The notes under the pieces are model-generated. The model ran no database searches, had not been told where the DNA came from, and saw only the letters and a program-made list of their open reading frames with translations. A stretch of 64,000 bases of DNA from Camelus ferus (lineage: Eukaryota). How positions within the stretch are numbered: position 1 is the stretch's first letter; the number at the start of each line of letters is the position of its first letter. Where the stretch lies: NCBI RefSeq assembly GCF_009834535.1, contig NC_045697.1:77688001-77752000 (forward strand). The letters are read 5' to 3'. The translations under genes were made by a program, and so were the position numbers. Below are positions 49,640 to 62,222 of this stretch, in pieces.

Positions 49640-50560
49640 CAGAGCAGAGAAAGAGAAATAATGCTGTACAGGGGAAGCAGGGTACTGTTGGATTGCTGGG
49701 TCACATAGCAAAAAAGAGTTTAATACTGGATTACATAGCAAAAACGATGTTAAAAGTGGGCAGAGAAGACATGAGACAGGTTATAAGAGGTGTCTGACTA
49801 TCCAGCAAACCAAGAAATTTAAATGAAAGCAATGAAGAGATACCATTTATTTACCATATAAATTGGGCAAGGTGTTTAAAATGATAATCCCATATGGGTG
49901 GCTGTCCCATGTAAAGGGAATCTGAACAAAAGCTCTAGGAATGAAAAGGATTCCAGAAGCCCTGGGGAGGTAGGATGACAGGGTGTGGCTACTGATTAGA
50001 TGTGGGAAATGAGGGAAAGGGAGGAGTTCCGGGAGACGAGCCTCTGAGCCTGTCACCAGAGGTATTCCTTGGCTATTAGTTTAGACACAGGATATAGAAA
50101 AGGAGAGCTGGATTTTCAGGAGCAAGAAAAGTTTTGGAATGTTGAGTTAGAAATTTGTATTTGGAGCTTGTTAGTGAGATACAGTTTATGAGTCACTACA
50201 AATAAATAGTAGCTGAAGCCCTCTCAGAATAGTGAGATTTTAAAATGGTTTAGAGGAACGTCACCAAATGCAATTGTTTAAAAGTGGTCTAAAGGGTGGA
50301 GCTAGTGAAGGAGGACACGCTTGGAGAAGTAGGAGGAAAACAAGAAAGCTGGGTGTTACCAATTGAGGAGATATTTTCAAGGGAGGAAGTCCAACAGAGT
50401 GGAATGCTGCAGAAAGACATAATAGTAAGAATACCACAAAGATGCCATTCCACTTGATTAATAGAAAATTACTTGAGACTTTTGAGAGAGGAATGTTTAT
50501 AAGATGAAATGGGCAGAAGTCATATTGCACAGGGTTGGAATGAATAAGACCTCTTCGTAA
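49640..50560 (-). mobile_element. L2 LINE fragment(s)
   Basis: Degenerate L2 motifs (gtccaacagagtggaatgctgcagaaag; tacttgagacttttgagagagga). Confidence 0.6.
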
Positions 50561-50562
50561 TG

Positions 50563-50976
50563 TGTGAAGGAAAAACCGGGCTGGGCTAACAAGATAACTC
50601 ACAAATCTTAGTATCGAAATACTGATCTGAGTTCTGCTAGACTAACTTGTAAATCTAGGTTAATTAGTGTTGGTTTGCTGTTCATGTTTTTTTGCTAGCC
50701 AGCTGGGTTTTCAAAGATACATATCTGGCTTTGGAATGTTGGTTTGCTGCCTCCCTGCCTCCACTTTTGTGATGATAATGCTGCTAAAGCTGTTCCATGC
50801 CTATTGGCCGAATACCTCAAGCTTGTACTTTACCCTATAAAACCTCATGCGCACGTCTTGGAGGTGCACAGAGCTTTGGAGCAGAAGCCCCTCTGAGCCC
50901 GCCGGCGTAATACATCTGAGTACTCCAACCCTCCGAGTGGTGCTTGTTTCTTGACTGGCCTGTCGTTTCCGTAACA
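50563..50976 (+). mobile_element. Young ERV1 solo LTR, copy A
   Basis: TGTGAAGG...GTAACA; ATTGG at 50803, TATAAAA at 50836-50842, AATACA at 50909-50914; flanks AATG / ATGA (imperfect TSD). Confidence 0.9.
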
Positions 50977-51324
50977 ATGAAGCGAACTTCATGATAATAA
51001 GGGGAAAGAAAAATGACTGTGGTAGGATGTAAGATCAATGAGATGGACATTGAACTCTGGAATTGTGAAGAGGCTAATTTTTTTTAATTTGATAAGATAT
51101 AATTAAATTTTCAAATAATTAGAAATTTAGCTTTATTTAAATTATTTTGATTTAAAGTTTGATATTCATTATTAGTTATAGCTTGCTTTTTAAGCTAAAT
51201 AAATTTGCATATTTTAGAAGAAAATTATTTTTACTAAAACTATGATAAATAATTTGAAATTTTGCATTTTAGTTTAATATACATTTTAATGATAATATAT
51301 TAAAGTTCTGTGTACATTGAATAT

Positions 51325-51789
51325 TGTGAAGGAAAAGCCGGGCTGGTCTAACAAGATAACTCACAAGTCTAGGAATGTGAAGGAGAGGCTGGTCTGGTCT
51401 AACAAGATAACTCACAAATCTAAGTATCAGAATACTGATCTGAGTTCTGCTGGACTAACTTGTGTATCTAAGTTAATTAGTGTTGGTTTGCTGTTCATGT
51501 TTTTTTGCTAGCCAGCTGGATTTTCAAAGATATACATCTGGCTTTGGAATGTTGGTTTGCTGCCTCCCTGCCTCCACTTTTGTGATAATGATGCTGCTAA
51601 AGCTGTTCCATGCCTATTGGCCGAATACCTCAAGCTTGTACTTTACCCTATAAAACCTCATGCACACATCTTGGAGGTGCTCAGAGCTTTGGAGAAGAAG
51701 CCCCTCTGAGCCCGCCGGCGTAATACATCTGAGTACTCCAACCCTCCGAGTGGTGCTTGTTTCTTGGCTGGCCCATCATTTCCGTAACA
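51325..51789 (+). mobile_element. Young ERV1 solo LTR, copy B, with a 51-bp 5' tandem duplication
   Basis: Same family as copy A; perfect 4-bp TSD ATAT (51321-51324 / 51790-51793); TATAAAA at 51649-51655; AATACA at 51722-51727. Confidence 0.93.
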
Positions 51790-51821
51790 ATATAATGACA
51801 TTTTATTTTATAATTCCTTAG

Positions 51822-52156
51822 AGTAGCACTATCCAATAGAAATATAATGTGAGTCACACATGTGAGCCACATAAGTAATTTAAAACTTTCTAGTAGTCAT
51901 ATTAAAAAAGTAAAAAACAAAACCAAAAAACAGGTGAAATAATTCTGATAGTGCATTTTATTTAACAGTACATTAAAAATTATCATTTCAAAATATAATT
52001 AATATAAAATTATTAATGAGCTTTTAAATATTTTTTTCATATTAAGTCTTGGAATCAGTGTATATTTTACACTTACAGCCCATCTCAATTGGACAGGCAC
52101 ATTTCAAGTGCTCAGTAGCCACAAGCAGCTAGTGGCTAACACATAGGTCAGCGTGT
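51822..52156. mobile_element. MER33-like hAT-Charlie non-autonomous element
   Basis: cactatccaatagaaatataatgtgagtcaca...cacatttcaagtgctcagtagccaca...gtggcta. Confidence 0.8.
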
Positions 52157-52169
52157 CTTTAGGTCACTG

Positions 52170-52270
52170 AAGTCATTAGAAACACAAAATATGTGGAAAT
52201 CTTTATTATGACAACTTAACTTATGATTTTGCTGAAATGAAGGCAAGGAAATGAAATTTTATAAAATAAA
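52170..52270 (+). mobile_element. Possible hAT (Tip100-like) transposase C-terminal remnant
   Basis: gattttgctgaaatgaaggcaagg translates DFAEMKAR, resembling the end of hAT dimerisation domains; very short match. Confidence 0.35.
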
Positions 52271-52779
52271 TGTATAGTCATTTATATAGCGTATGTGTTT
52301 CTTTATTTTATTATTTACCCAAACATCAACAGAATACGTAGACAGGCACAAGTATAAAAAAGTTAGCTGTCTTTGATATTTTTCAGGCATATAAAAGCCA
52401 TAGTTTTATACATGTTTTTAGAGTTTGTCATTATTAGGTTGTTTATCAAAGTAGGAGACTAAAACATTTTATTTAAGAGTTTGTTAACTTCATTTATAAC
52501 TTCTAAATATTTAGACATGATATGTGGGAACCCATTTTTCTTGCTTCAGGCTCTGGAAATGTTGGGTGTGGGCCTGGCTTGGAACCTTCTTCCCTCAAAT
52601 ACTGGCAGTGGCTCATTCTCTCACTCCTTTTGGTATGAGCTCAAAGTTCCCTTTCTCAATGAGGGTCAAAATTATATACACCCACATAGCTTGCTGTGTG
52701 TATTAACAAGACTTTACTATTTGATTGTTTTTATCTACTATTCTAGGAAATACGTGCCAAGGAAGATAAAAGTTGTAAG

Positions 52780-53147
52780 TAACATTATTGTTCATTCCAG
52801 TAACTTTCTGGGAGGCCATCAACTCTTTGTGGAAAGCATCAAATTACAACTTATACCTCAAGACTGCTTGAACCCAGGAGTCTCTGAAGACCCCACCTTA
52901 ACATTTTCATCTTGCTGTGACCATCACTCCTGAGCTACCCAGTTGTGATCCTCACACAATCTTAACCAAGCACTGCCACTGACAGACTTGGCTTGAACTA
53001 ACTCATGTTCTCAATAAATATCCCGACTTTGCCCTCCCTTTTCTGAGATGCTCAGACTCTGCTCTTTCTTACTAAGGTAGGTATAAACTCAGCTTGCCTC
53101 ATCAGCAGGTTGTCTCAGTGATATTTGGGGGAGCCAGCATTCAGCAT
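52780..53147 (+). mobile_element. Old ERV1-like LTR fragment
   Basis: LTR-like 3' end (gatatttgggggagccagcattcagca); family not determined. Confidence 0.4.
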
Positions 53148-55478
53148 CAGTAAGGTTTTTCTTGAACATTCTTATTAAAATTGCAACCCCGCCTTAATCC
53201 CTGGAACTTTCTATCCCCCTTTACCTTTTTAATATTCTCCATAGCACTTCTATTTTACTTATTTATATGCTTATTGTGGTATTCCGCCAGAACAATTTCA
53301 GTCGCACAAAGGCTGGCATTTCTGTGTCAGAGTCTAGAACAGTTGCTGATACCTAGTAGCTTGTCAATCATTATTGTTAAATGAATGGATATTATCTAAT
53401 TACTGTGAATGTGCATAACTTAAGCCCCAAATGTGCATTTTGGGCAGACATCTTCAATCATTTAATTGGCTTACATCCTACAAATTTGTATGAGGTTTCC
53501 TCATATTAAGGAAGGTCAAGGAGCACATATGGAAGGCATTTTATAGTTCTCTTACTGAGATTTTTGCTTCTGCTTTTATGACTTTGTAGACTACTGGGAA
53601 AACATGCTCTGTAAGTGTCTATCCAACATGATCACATGGAACTTGGTTCTTCTTCAGTTCACCTGTCTTTGGTTGCACAATCTTATAATCATTTTCTGAG
53701 GGATGCACTGGCCCTATCCACAGGAACTGTCAACCCATCTCCACATCCATTCAGGCTGGCTTCTGGTTCATCAAACTATTTTAAACAAAACGATGTCATT
53801 CAAACCTCCTGACCATTCCTGATGTTAATTCCAGGGAAGTTCTAACTCTTGGTAAAAACTCCCTCATGAGAAATGATATTCATGTCTACTGGATATGCGG
53901 TCTCTTCATCCTCTTGTGTAATTTTACTCGTCCTGAATCTAGTCAGATCATCAGTGAGATTTTGCTTAGAGTATCCTCCTCACTTCTGGCTATTTTTACT
54001 GAAATAAGCTTTGATGTAAAGCTTTCACTTCCACACAAAAAGGCTCCATAATAAAGACACAGCAAGAACTAATGCATTTACTGTAGGGATGATGCTGAGA
54101 ACATCATCTACAACTTGCCCAAGTACCAATCCTTCACAAAGGACCATGGCCACAATACCAGGAAATGCCATGCTTTCCCTGTGTAACAGGCAGGCTTTGA
54201 ATGTTTACTCTATTCATGCATTTTGTTAGTTTCTTTCTTTGCTTTGATTGCTCAGAAATTCAGAGCCAGATTTGCTTTTTACCTTTAGCAGGTGTGTAGA
54301 AACTTTTTGTAAACTTTTCTTTGGCTTTATTTTACTCTTCCTCCCTTCCCCTTCACTTTGACTCTTTCATCTACTTTATCCTATTTAATTGTAAATATTT
54401 TTGTTTGTTGCCTCCAGTTCTTTTTGGATGTTAAGTATGAGTGTGAGCATAAGTTAATGAATAAATAAATTAAATACTTAACATAAGATTTGTTCAAGGA
54501 GAGAAGAAGTCTTAATAGTAACTTTTTGGCTTGTGCATACTTTTTGTTTTCCTGTTTTTTTCTTCCACTGACTAAAAATTTCCCTCCCAGATACCAGTTA
54601 TCAAATGTAAAAAAATGCACAATATGATTGATGTCATCTAAAAAACCATACAGTATACTTTAATTGCCTTATATGAATGAAATACAGAGTACTAAAGTTG
54701 ATTAGCTGATTCTTATTATTCATTTTATTAAGTGAAGCAGCTGTTAATGAAATATTTAGGAGATCAAGTCATCAAGATTCATGAAGCATCATAATTCACC
54801 TGAGAGGCTTTGTTGTCAGTTATCAAGCATAAAAGTAGTAGAGTGAAAAAAGTGAGTCTAAGAAAAATAGTTGTCAACATGATAATTTATAAGTTAGGCA
54901 TTTTAAAAAATCATAACTATTTTCCATGTCAGTAATAAATGACATCTAATTGTTTAAAAATTCTTTATTGTGTCTCTCGACCAAAACTATCTTTTGAGAA
55001 GTCCAAAACTACTGGACAATTTCCTAGACCTAAAGTGCCTTAGATCACCTACTTCTTCTCTATTTAATTCCCTGCTGTTCGGAATGGATGATTTAGTTGT
55101 GTAACTTTTAGGTCACAGCTTTTAATTCATACAAAATTGTTCTCAAACAATGTCATAGACTGAGCTATCTTTTGGGGTTATATCTCTTTAGTCCCTGTAG
55201 GGGAGGTTCAACCTGTGATCCTCTGAGTTACCCAGATGAAAGGCTTTCCTGCAAGTCTCTACATCTTTTTTAAGATCTTGAATTTAAGACCAGGATTCAT
55301 GGGAATTGGTCTAGGACATCTGTATGGATGAAGTTTCTGCCAGCCAAAAAAAGGATAATGAGCATTCAGCTTCTCCATTTGGGACCAAGTAAGACTATTC
55401 TGATGTCATTCCTTTTGAGCACAATTTTTCTGTGCATCATTTAAAAGTAAGAGACAAGAGGGATGGAAAAGGGTCAAC

Positions 55479-57313
55479 AGGCAAAAGACTTGTACTCTGA
55501 AAACTATACGATGCTGATTAAAGAAACTGAAGATGACACAAAAAGATGGAAAAATGCACCATGTTCTTGGATAGGAAGAATCGATATTGTTGAAATGGCC
55601 ATACTACCCTAGGCAATATACATAGTCAGTGCAATCCTTATCAAATTACCAATGGCATTTTTCACAGAACTGGAACAAAAAAATTTAAAATTTTTATGGA
55701 AACACAAAAGACCTTGAATAACCAAAACAATCTTGAGAAAGAAAATAGAGCTGGAGCAATCACACTCCCTGACTTCAGACTGCACTACAAAGCCACAGTA
55801 ATCAAAACAGTGTGGTACTGGCACAAAAGCAGACATATAGATCAATGGAACAGGATAAGAAAGTCCAGAAATAAACCCATGCACTTATGGTCAATTAATC
55901 TATGACAAAGGAGGCAAGAATATATGACAGAGAAAAGACAGTCTCTTCAATAAGTGGTGCTGGAAAAACTAGAAAGCTACATATAAAAGACTGAAATTAG
56001 AACATTCTCTAATACCATATACAAAAATAAATTCAAGGTAGATTAAAGACTTAAATGTAAGACCAGATACTATAAAACTCCTAGAGGAAAACATAAGCAG
56101 AATACTCTCGGACATAAATCACAGCAATATATTTTTGGATCCATCTCCTAGAGTAATGGAAATAAAAACAAAATAAATAAATGGGACCTAATTGAACTTA
56201 AAAGCTTTTGCACAGCAAAAGAAACCATAAACAAAATGAAAAGACAACTCATGGAATGGGAGAAAATATTTGCAAATGATGTGACTGACAAAGGATTAGT
56301 TTCCAAAATATATAAGCAACTCACACAGCTTAATATCAAAAAACAAACAACCCAATCAAAAAATAAGCAGAAGAACTAAGCAGACATTTCTCCAAAGAAG
56401 ACATCCAGATGGCCAACAGGCATATGAAAAGATGCTCAATATCAACTCATTATTTGAGAAATGCATATCAAAACCACAATGAGGTATCACCTTACACCAG
56501 TTAGAATGGCCACCATCAAAAATTCTACAAATAATAAATGCTGGAGAGGGTGTGGAGAAAAAGGAACCCTCCTACACTGTTGGTGAGAATGTAAATTGGT
56601 GCAGCCTGCTATGGAGAACAGTATGGAGGTTCCTTAAAACACTAAAAATCGACATCGTATGATCCAGCAATCCCACTCCTGGGCATATATCCAGGGAAAA
56701 CTCTAATTTGAAAAGATACATGCACCCCAACATTCCTAGCAGCACTTTTTACAATAGCCAAGACATGGAAACAACCTAAATGTCCATTGACAGATGAATG
56801 AATAAAGAAGATCTGGTATATGTATACAATGGAATATTACTCAGCCATAAAAAATAACAAAATAATGCCATTTGCAGCAACATGAATGGACCTAGAGATT
56901 ATCATACTAAGTGAAGTTAAGTCAGACAGAGAAAGACAAATACCATGATATCACTTATATGTGGAATCTAAAAAAATGACACAAACTCATTTACAAACCA
57001 GAAAGAGATGCACAGACATAGAAAACAAACTTATGGTTACCAGGCGGGTAAAAGGGGAAGGAGGGGTAAATTGGGAGTTTGGGATTGGCAGGTAAAAACT
57101 ACTGTGTACAGAATAGAAAACAACAAGGTCCTGCTATATAGCACAGGGAACTATATTCAATGGCTTGTAGTAATCTCTAATGAAAAAGAATATGGAAAAG
57201 AATATATATATATTCATACACACACACACACACATATGTATAACTGAATCACTATGCTGTACACCAGAAACTAATACAATATTGTAAATCAACTATACTT
57301 TCAATTTAAAAAA
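55479..57313 (+). mobile_element. 5'-truncated L1 (ORF2 C-terminal half plus 3'UTR); inactive
   Basis: ORF2 peptides ([26 protein letters not shown]); 3'UTR ending actatactttcaatt plus A-tail; (TA)/(CA) tract near 57203-57236. Confidence 0.95.
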
Positions 57314-57447
57314 TGGGGGAAAAAGATGGGAAAAGGAAAGAACAACAATAAACAAACAAACAAATAAAATTGCTTCCCTTAACATTTAAAGTGAGGTTTA
57401 GAAGCCAAGAGAGAGGTGATGAAACACCTGAATCAACAGAAGGGATG

Positions 57448-57513
57448 CTGACTATACTTCAGTTAAAAAAAAAAAAAAGACATAAGCAACATAAAACAAT
57501 AACAACAACAAAA
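57448..57513 (+). mobile_element. Extremely 5'-truncated L1 (17 nt plus A-rich tail)
   Basis: CTGACTATACTTCAGTT matches the L1 3' terminus; 13-bp TSD AACAGAAGGGATG / AACAGAAGGAGTG (57435-57447 / 57514-57526). Confidence 0.75.
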
Positions 57514-57533
57514 AACAGAAGGAGTGTTGAGCA

Positions 57534-58085
57534 TGTGTCAGTTACATCCAATCAGGAAAAGAGAAACCGCCACAACTATTTTAACAAAGAGAATTTAATA
57601 TGAGGAATTGGTCAAATGGGTACTGGAAGGAATGTAGATAAAACAGAGACAGTAACTTCAGGAAGTAGCTTCATTCTTAGTGTTGAGGAAACAGAGAAAA
57701 GATTGGGGTTCTCAAAAAAACCTAGACACTTGGAGGAAGGGCCCTCAGAGCTGTGTACCTGGCGGTAGTATCTCTGGCAGACCTCATTACAAGGCTGGAT
57801 CTAAGAAGCGGAAAAAAGTCGAAACTCGAACCATCTGCTTCTGGAACAAACTGTGCTCCCTGGGTGAGGAGCCATACGGGGGTGACCCAAGCAGCAATAA
57901 AAAGCAAAAGGGAAACAGTGAATTCTTTCTCCACCCTCCTGCCTTCTAGTCTCCCTGTAGTTTCTCTCACTGGTGAAACCTAAAAGGAAGCCAGAGGAGA
58001 AGTGTTTGTAGAAGCCCAGTTCCGATACCGTAGAGATAAAGGGGGCAAGTTTGAAGCTGAGAGGCAATAGTTTCATAACTGGTAG
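57534..58085 (-). mobile_element. Ancient LTR (LTR78/79-like)
   Basis: tgtgtcagttacatccaatcaggaaaagagaaacc...agaatttaatatgaggaattgg; family uncertain. Confidence 0.5.
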
Positions 58086-61000
58086 AGGTGCTACATTGGG
58101 ATGAAAACAGGAGAGAAAAAAAATCTAAAGACTGGATTGTAAGAGAGACACACTGAGAGCTGGAGAGGAGATACTTGTAAATAATTATTTAGGAAAATCT
58201 GTACTAACTGGCAATGCTTTTCGGTTTTGGTTTGTGTTTTGTTGGGTTGTGATAAAGCGCTGTGACTTTATCTCAGTGAACATGGGACTGAAGCAAAGTC
58301 TACCTGAAGAGGCCAGTCACTGTTGGCTTACTTACGGATAAAACTAAGAAAGACAAGGCTTAGCTAAAAGAGAGCAATCATATAAAAACCATGGAAACTA
58401 AATTTAATAGGCCCTCAAAGAGTTGGTACATTCCTCTTTTTTTTTTTTTTTCTAAATTAAAAGTAACCAAAAAGAAGTAGGAAATACCAATTGTCAAGTC
58501 TAAGATAATAGTGAACCATTGCACTCTTGACGGGAAATGTTTTTGTATTGAAATAAATAATTTAATACAACTACCTTAATGTGTGACCTCAGACAAAAAA
58601 ATATATTTGGGTCCTTTTTTCTTATTTGTAAATTGAACTAAATGAATTCTATCCTCTTTTAGCTTTTAAATGTTGATGTCTATTAAAATGATTACCTTTG
58701 CCTGCAAATCTGTTATCTTAGGCATTTACAGTCCAAATCCAGCAAACCAGAGATTCTCCTTTAGTTTTGATTTTATCATTCCCAGATCTTTAGATAACAG
58801 AATTTGATTAACTGCAGTGGTACCAGAGATTGTGAAAGTGGTAAGTCAAGAAAAGAGCACATGACAACCAAGGAAAAACTCATTTAATTACCTGGTGTAA
58901 AGGGCTCTATTCCAATTTTTTTCTATTAAGACAATATAGTCAGTGCTTCAAATCCCAGGCATTTGAAAATCTTCCAATAAGATGACTAAAAAGAACGACA
59001 CATAGCTATTTTTCAAAAATCAGTTCTTGAACTTTTGAAATAGAAATTCTAGAGAGAGATGAAGTCCCACCAGGGCCCTGATGTCATCTGCTGGCTTAGA
59101 CCATTGCTTGCTTACCTTAAATAACTATCTCTTTAATCTGAGAGCCATGGATATCTGAAACTACGTCTGCAGACTCCAGCATGATAAACCTATTTTAAGT
59201 CATATCATGGACTTATCAAAAAATTGGGGAGGAAGTTATTCTGATGACCTAGTAAGAATCAATGCAATTTTCTGCACTGTTACAGATGAGTTATTGATTA
59301 ATTACTTGGTGTCTTTGTTGTTGGTGTGGATAAATGGACAAAAAGAATCAAAGATTATTTCCCTTATTTTCCCTTTGTGGATGTCCAGCCAGCTGTTTGT
59401 GTTCTGAGTGTTTCAGGTCCACTGATATTAACCTAGAGTATACTGAGTGGGGAGGGAAAGGATGCATTTACTTTGCCAGAGTGAGTGGGAAGTGGGCTTA
59501 TTTGGGGATGAGGATTGGATTTATCAAGACTAGAAAGACCAAGAAGTGATGGGTTCTGTGATGATCACTGCACTGGCCTGGCAGAGTTGGCTGTGTGGAT
59601 GCCTGGGGACCTGGCACTCACACAGTTGCCTTAGTTGTGTGGCAAAGGACCCAGTGATAAAACCCAGAAGGTATAGACACTGCCAGCTGACTCACTGATC
59701 TTCACCTGGACCGTGTACACTTGGACAATGAGCAACTCAGCAGTGACCATGATGGACTGAACATCAGGAGTATTGTACAATATTAAAGGGAGAGCAGGAG
59801 CTCCACAGTGACCAGTATTGGATTTCCTCCCAACAGCTGCTGTTAGCAACTGGAGAAATCGGTATATGAGCAACAAATTCCCTCCATACAAATGGTACAC
59901 ACATGCTGAGGGGAACAGAGCAGTGGTATAATCTAACAGGTTACTGTGGAAACAGTTTTTTTGCAATTCAAAAACCCATCCAAAATTATTTCTAAGCCTG
60001 TACCATGTGGCTAGTATATTAAACCCTTACAATTCAGAAATTAATAATAATAATAGAAGATCATAGCTTGCAAAATACTTTTATCATCTCTTCATCTTTA
60101 CAATCCTATGACATGTCATTGTTCCTCATTTACAAGTAAAGTTGAAGCTCAAAAGGTTACTGAAGCTACTTTGCATAGTTCTAAAGTGAATAAATTCATG
60201 AGTTAGATACTATCAACTAGATATCTTTGGACTCAATCCTATTACAATTTTTGTTTAACGAATGAGAAAACTGAGGCTCAGAAAGATAAAGCGCCATTTC
60301 AGAGGCTCCATAAGCCCTTGAAATGTGGCAGAATCAGGATCTACAGCTCCAGAGCTCACTACTAAAACAAAATCTGGACAAAGAGGGTGAAAGAAAAGAT
60401 GATTCTAGGAGAAGAAATAGCTTGCATGATGGACTGAAGTGAGAGAGAGAATGTATTCTGCTTCCCTCATCAACTTTTTATTTTGAAAATGTTTTAACTT
60501 GGAATTAAGTTGAATAAACAGTTCAATGAGTAGCCTTCCCTTAGGTTCCCAATTTTAACATTTTTGCCACATTTGAATGTAAGTTGCAGATATGATGACA
60601 TTTCACCTTTGAATTTTTCTGCATGCCCTCTTAAGAATATAGATACTCTTGTGGAAGCTTTAGGCTGAATTTTGAAGAAGAAATGGAACATAAATTAATA
60701 AAAAGAGAAAGGACACTATTATATTACCACCTTAATTACTGTATGATATGTTAATGAAACAGAATGAACCTGACTTCCAGAGTTTAATCAAGTAAGTCTT
60801 TGAGAAATAATTATTTTTCCTTTATTTTAATCTCTGTGTATGTGTGTATTTAGTTCACACACAAGATTGCCTTTGATTTACATAATAGCCCTTGGAGATA
60901 AAGATAGATATTTTTTTAAAGTCAAATGAGGAATCTGAGGTGCTAAAGAAGTTACTTTGCCCCAGGTCATTCGGTGGATATGTGAACAAGATTCCTCCAG

Positions 61001-61974
61001 ATTTTTCCAACTTCCACAAATGCATAGTTTGCACCCAAAAAGGAGTCCTATGAACTCAGAAACTTCAAGTCAGTTATGTTTCTAGATGCATGCTCCTTGG
61101 ATGACTGCTTCCTTTCTTAAACATTTTATTTGAGTTTCTGCTAACATGCAATGTATTTTAGACTGCAGTCATTGAGCTGATGTCACAGCCCTGATGTACG
61201 CATGCACTGCATTCTCCTCAGCTCCTATAGCTGTCAGTACGTTTGGTTCTTGAGATGTCCACAGTCAGCACAACAGTCATGCCATACCAGCTTTGGATTT
61301 TTAACAGCTCTGAGTGGTCACTGCATATATGTTTTGTACATAGATGAGAGAAGAGTGAAAATATATTTCTAGGTTTCTGGGTAAATTTTTAGAAGTGAAT
61401 GATGAAACAACTGCTCAATGGATAGTTTGCATACATGACAAAAGTATTTCAATAGCAGTAGGATGGTTAGACACTTGCCAGAGGATCTGATCTTCTGGGT
61501 TCTTTTAAAGATTTGGAATCAATAACTCATGTTCCTGCAATTTAATCATCTGTCTTCAATGGTAATAACAAACATAGTATTTCCTTTCTTTTGCTATAGA
61601 TAAGTGATAAGAAGTCATATTTTCTGTATAACTTCTTGAGGTCCTGATAAAAGTAGTACTAAGAAAGGTAGCATTTGCCTCACATTTTTCTGAATTAGGT
61701 AAGAGAAATAAAGTTTTGTGGGTTTTTTTTTTTCTTTTAGTTTTGGAAGTTCTAGTGAAACTTAGTCCTGGCCATGAGGGACAAGGAGCTGAGATAGAGA
61801 GAGAGGAAGCAAGGTGCTGAAATGACCCAGGCTGCCAGAGTTCTCACACTCACAGGTTTTCTATTTGGTTGTAAACCTGATAATTCTAACCAGAGTCCAG
61901 GAGGAGGCATGATTGCAGGGAAGGAAAGAAAAGAGCTAAAGGGCATGGGAGAAGGAGAGGTGAGGAAAAGAATG

Positions 61975-62222
61975 GTCTTGGTACCCTCCTAAAAAATCAT
62001 TTGACCATATATGCAAGGGTTTATTTCTGGGTTCTCTAGGCTCTTAAGTCAATCCTATTAAAATCCTAGCTGGCTTCTTTGCAGAAACTGACAAGACGAT
62101 CCTGAAATTCATGTGAAAACCGAAACTGATCACATGTAAGTCAATTTAAGAAATACTGCGATCTTAACAATATTAAGTTTTTTGATCCATGAACATGGAA
62201 TGTCTATTCACATGGTTTAGTG
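61975..62222 (-). mobile_element. Old L1 ORF2 fragment with an internal micro-inversion
   Basis: Antisense ORF2 at 61975-62040 and 62135-62222 flanking a sense ORF2 piece at ~62046-62120 (IKILAGFFAETDKTILKFM). Confidence 0.7.

Noticed and set aside
50563..51789. A single provirus with 5' and 3' LTRs
   Set aside because: No primer-binding site or polypurine tract, and copy B has its own TSD; treated as two solo LTRs.
53600..54130. Possible processed pseudogene on the minus strand
   Set aside because: Short open stretches translate to nothing recognisable; no poly(A) tail or TSD.
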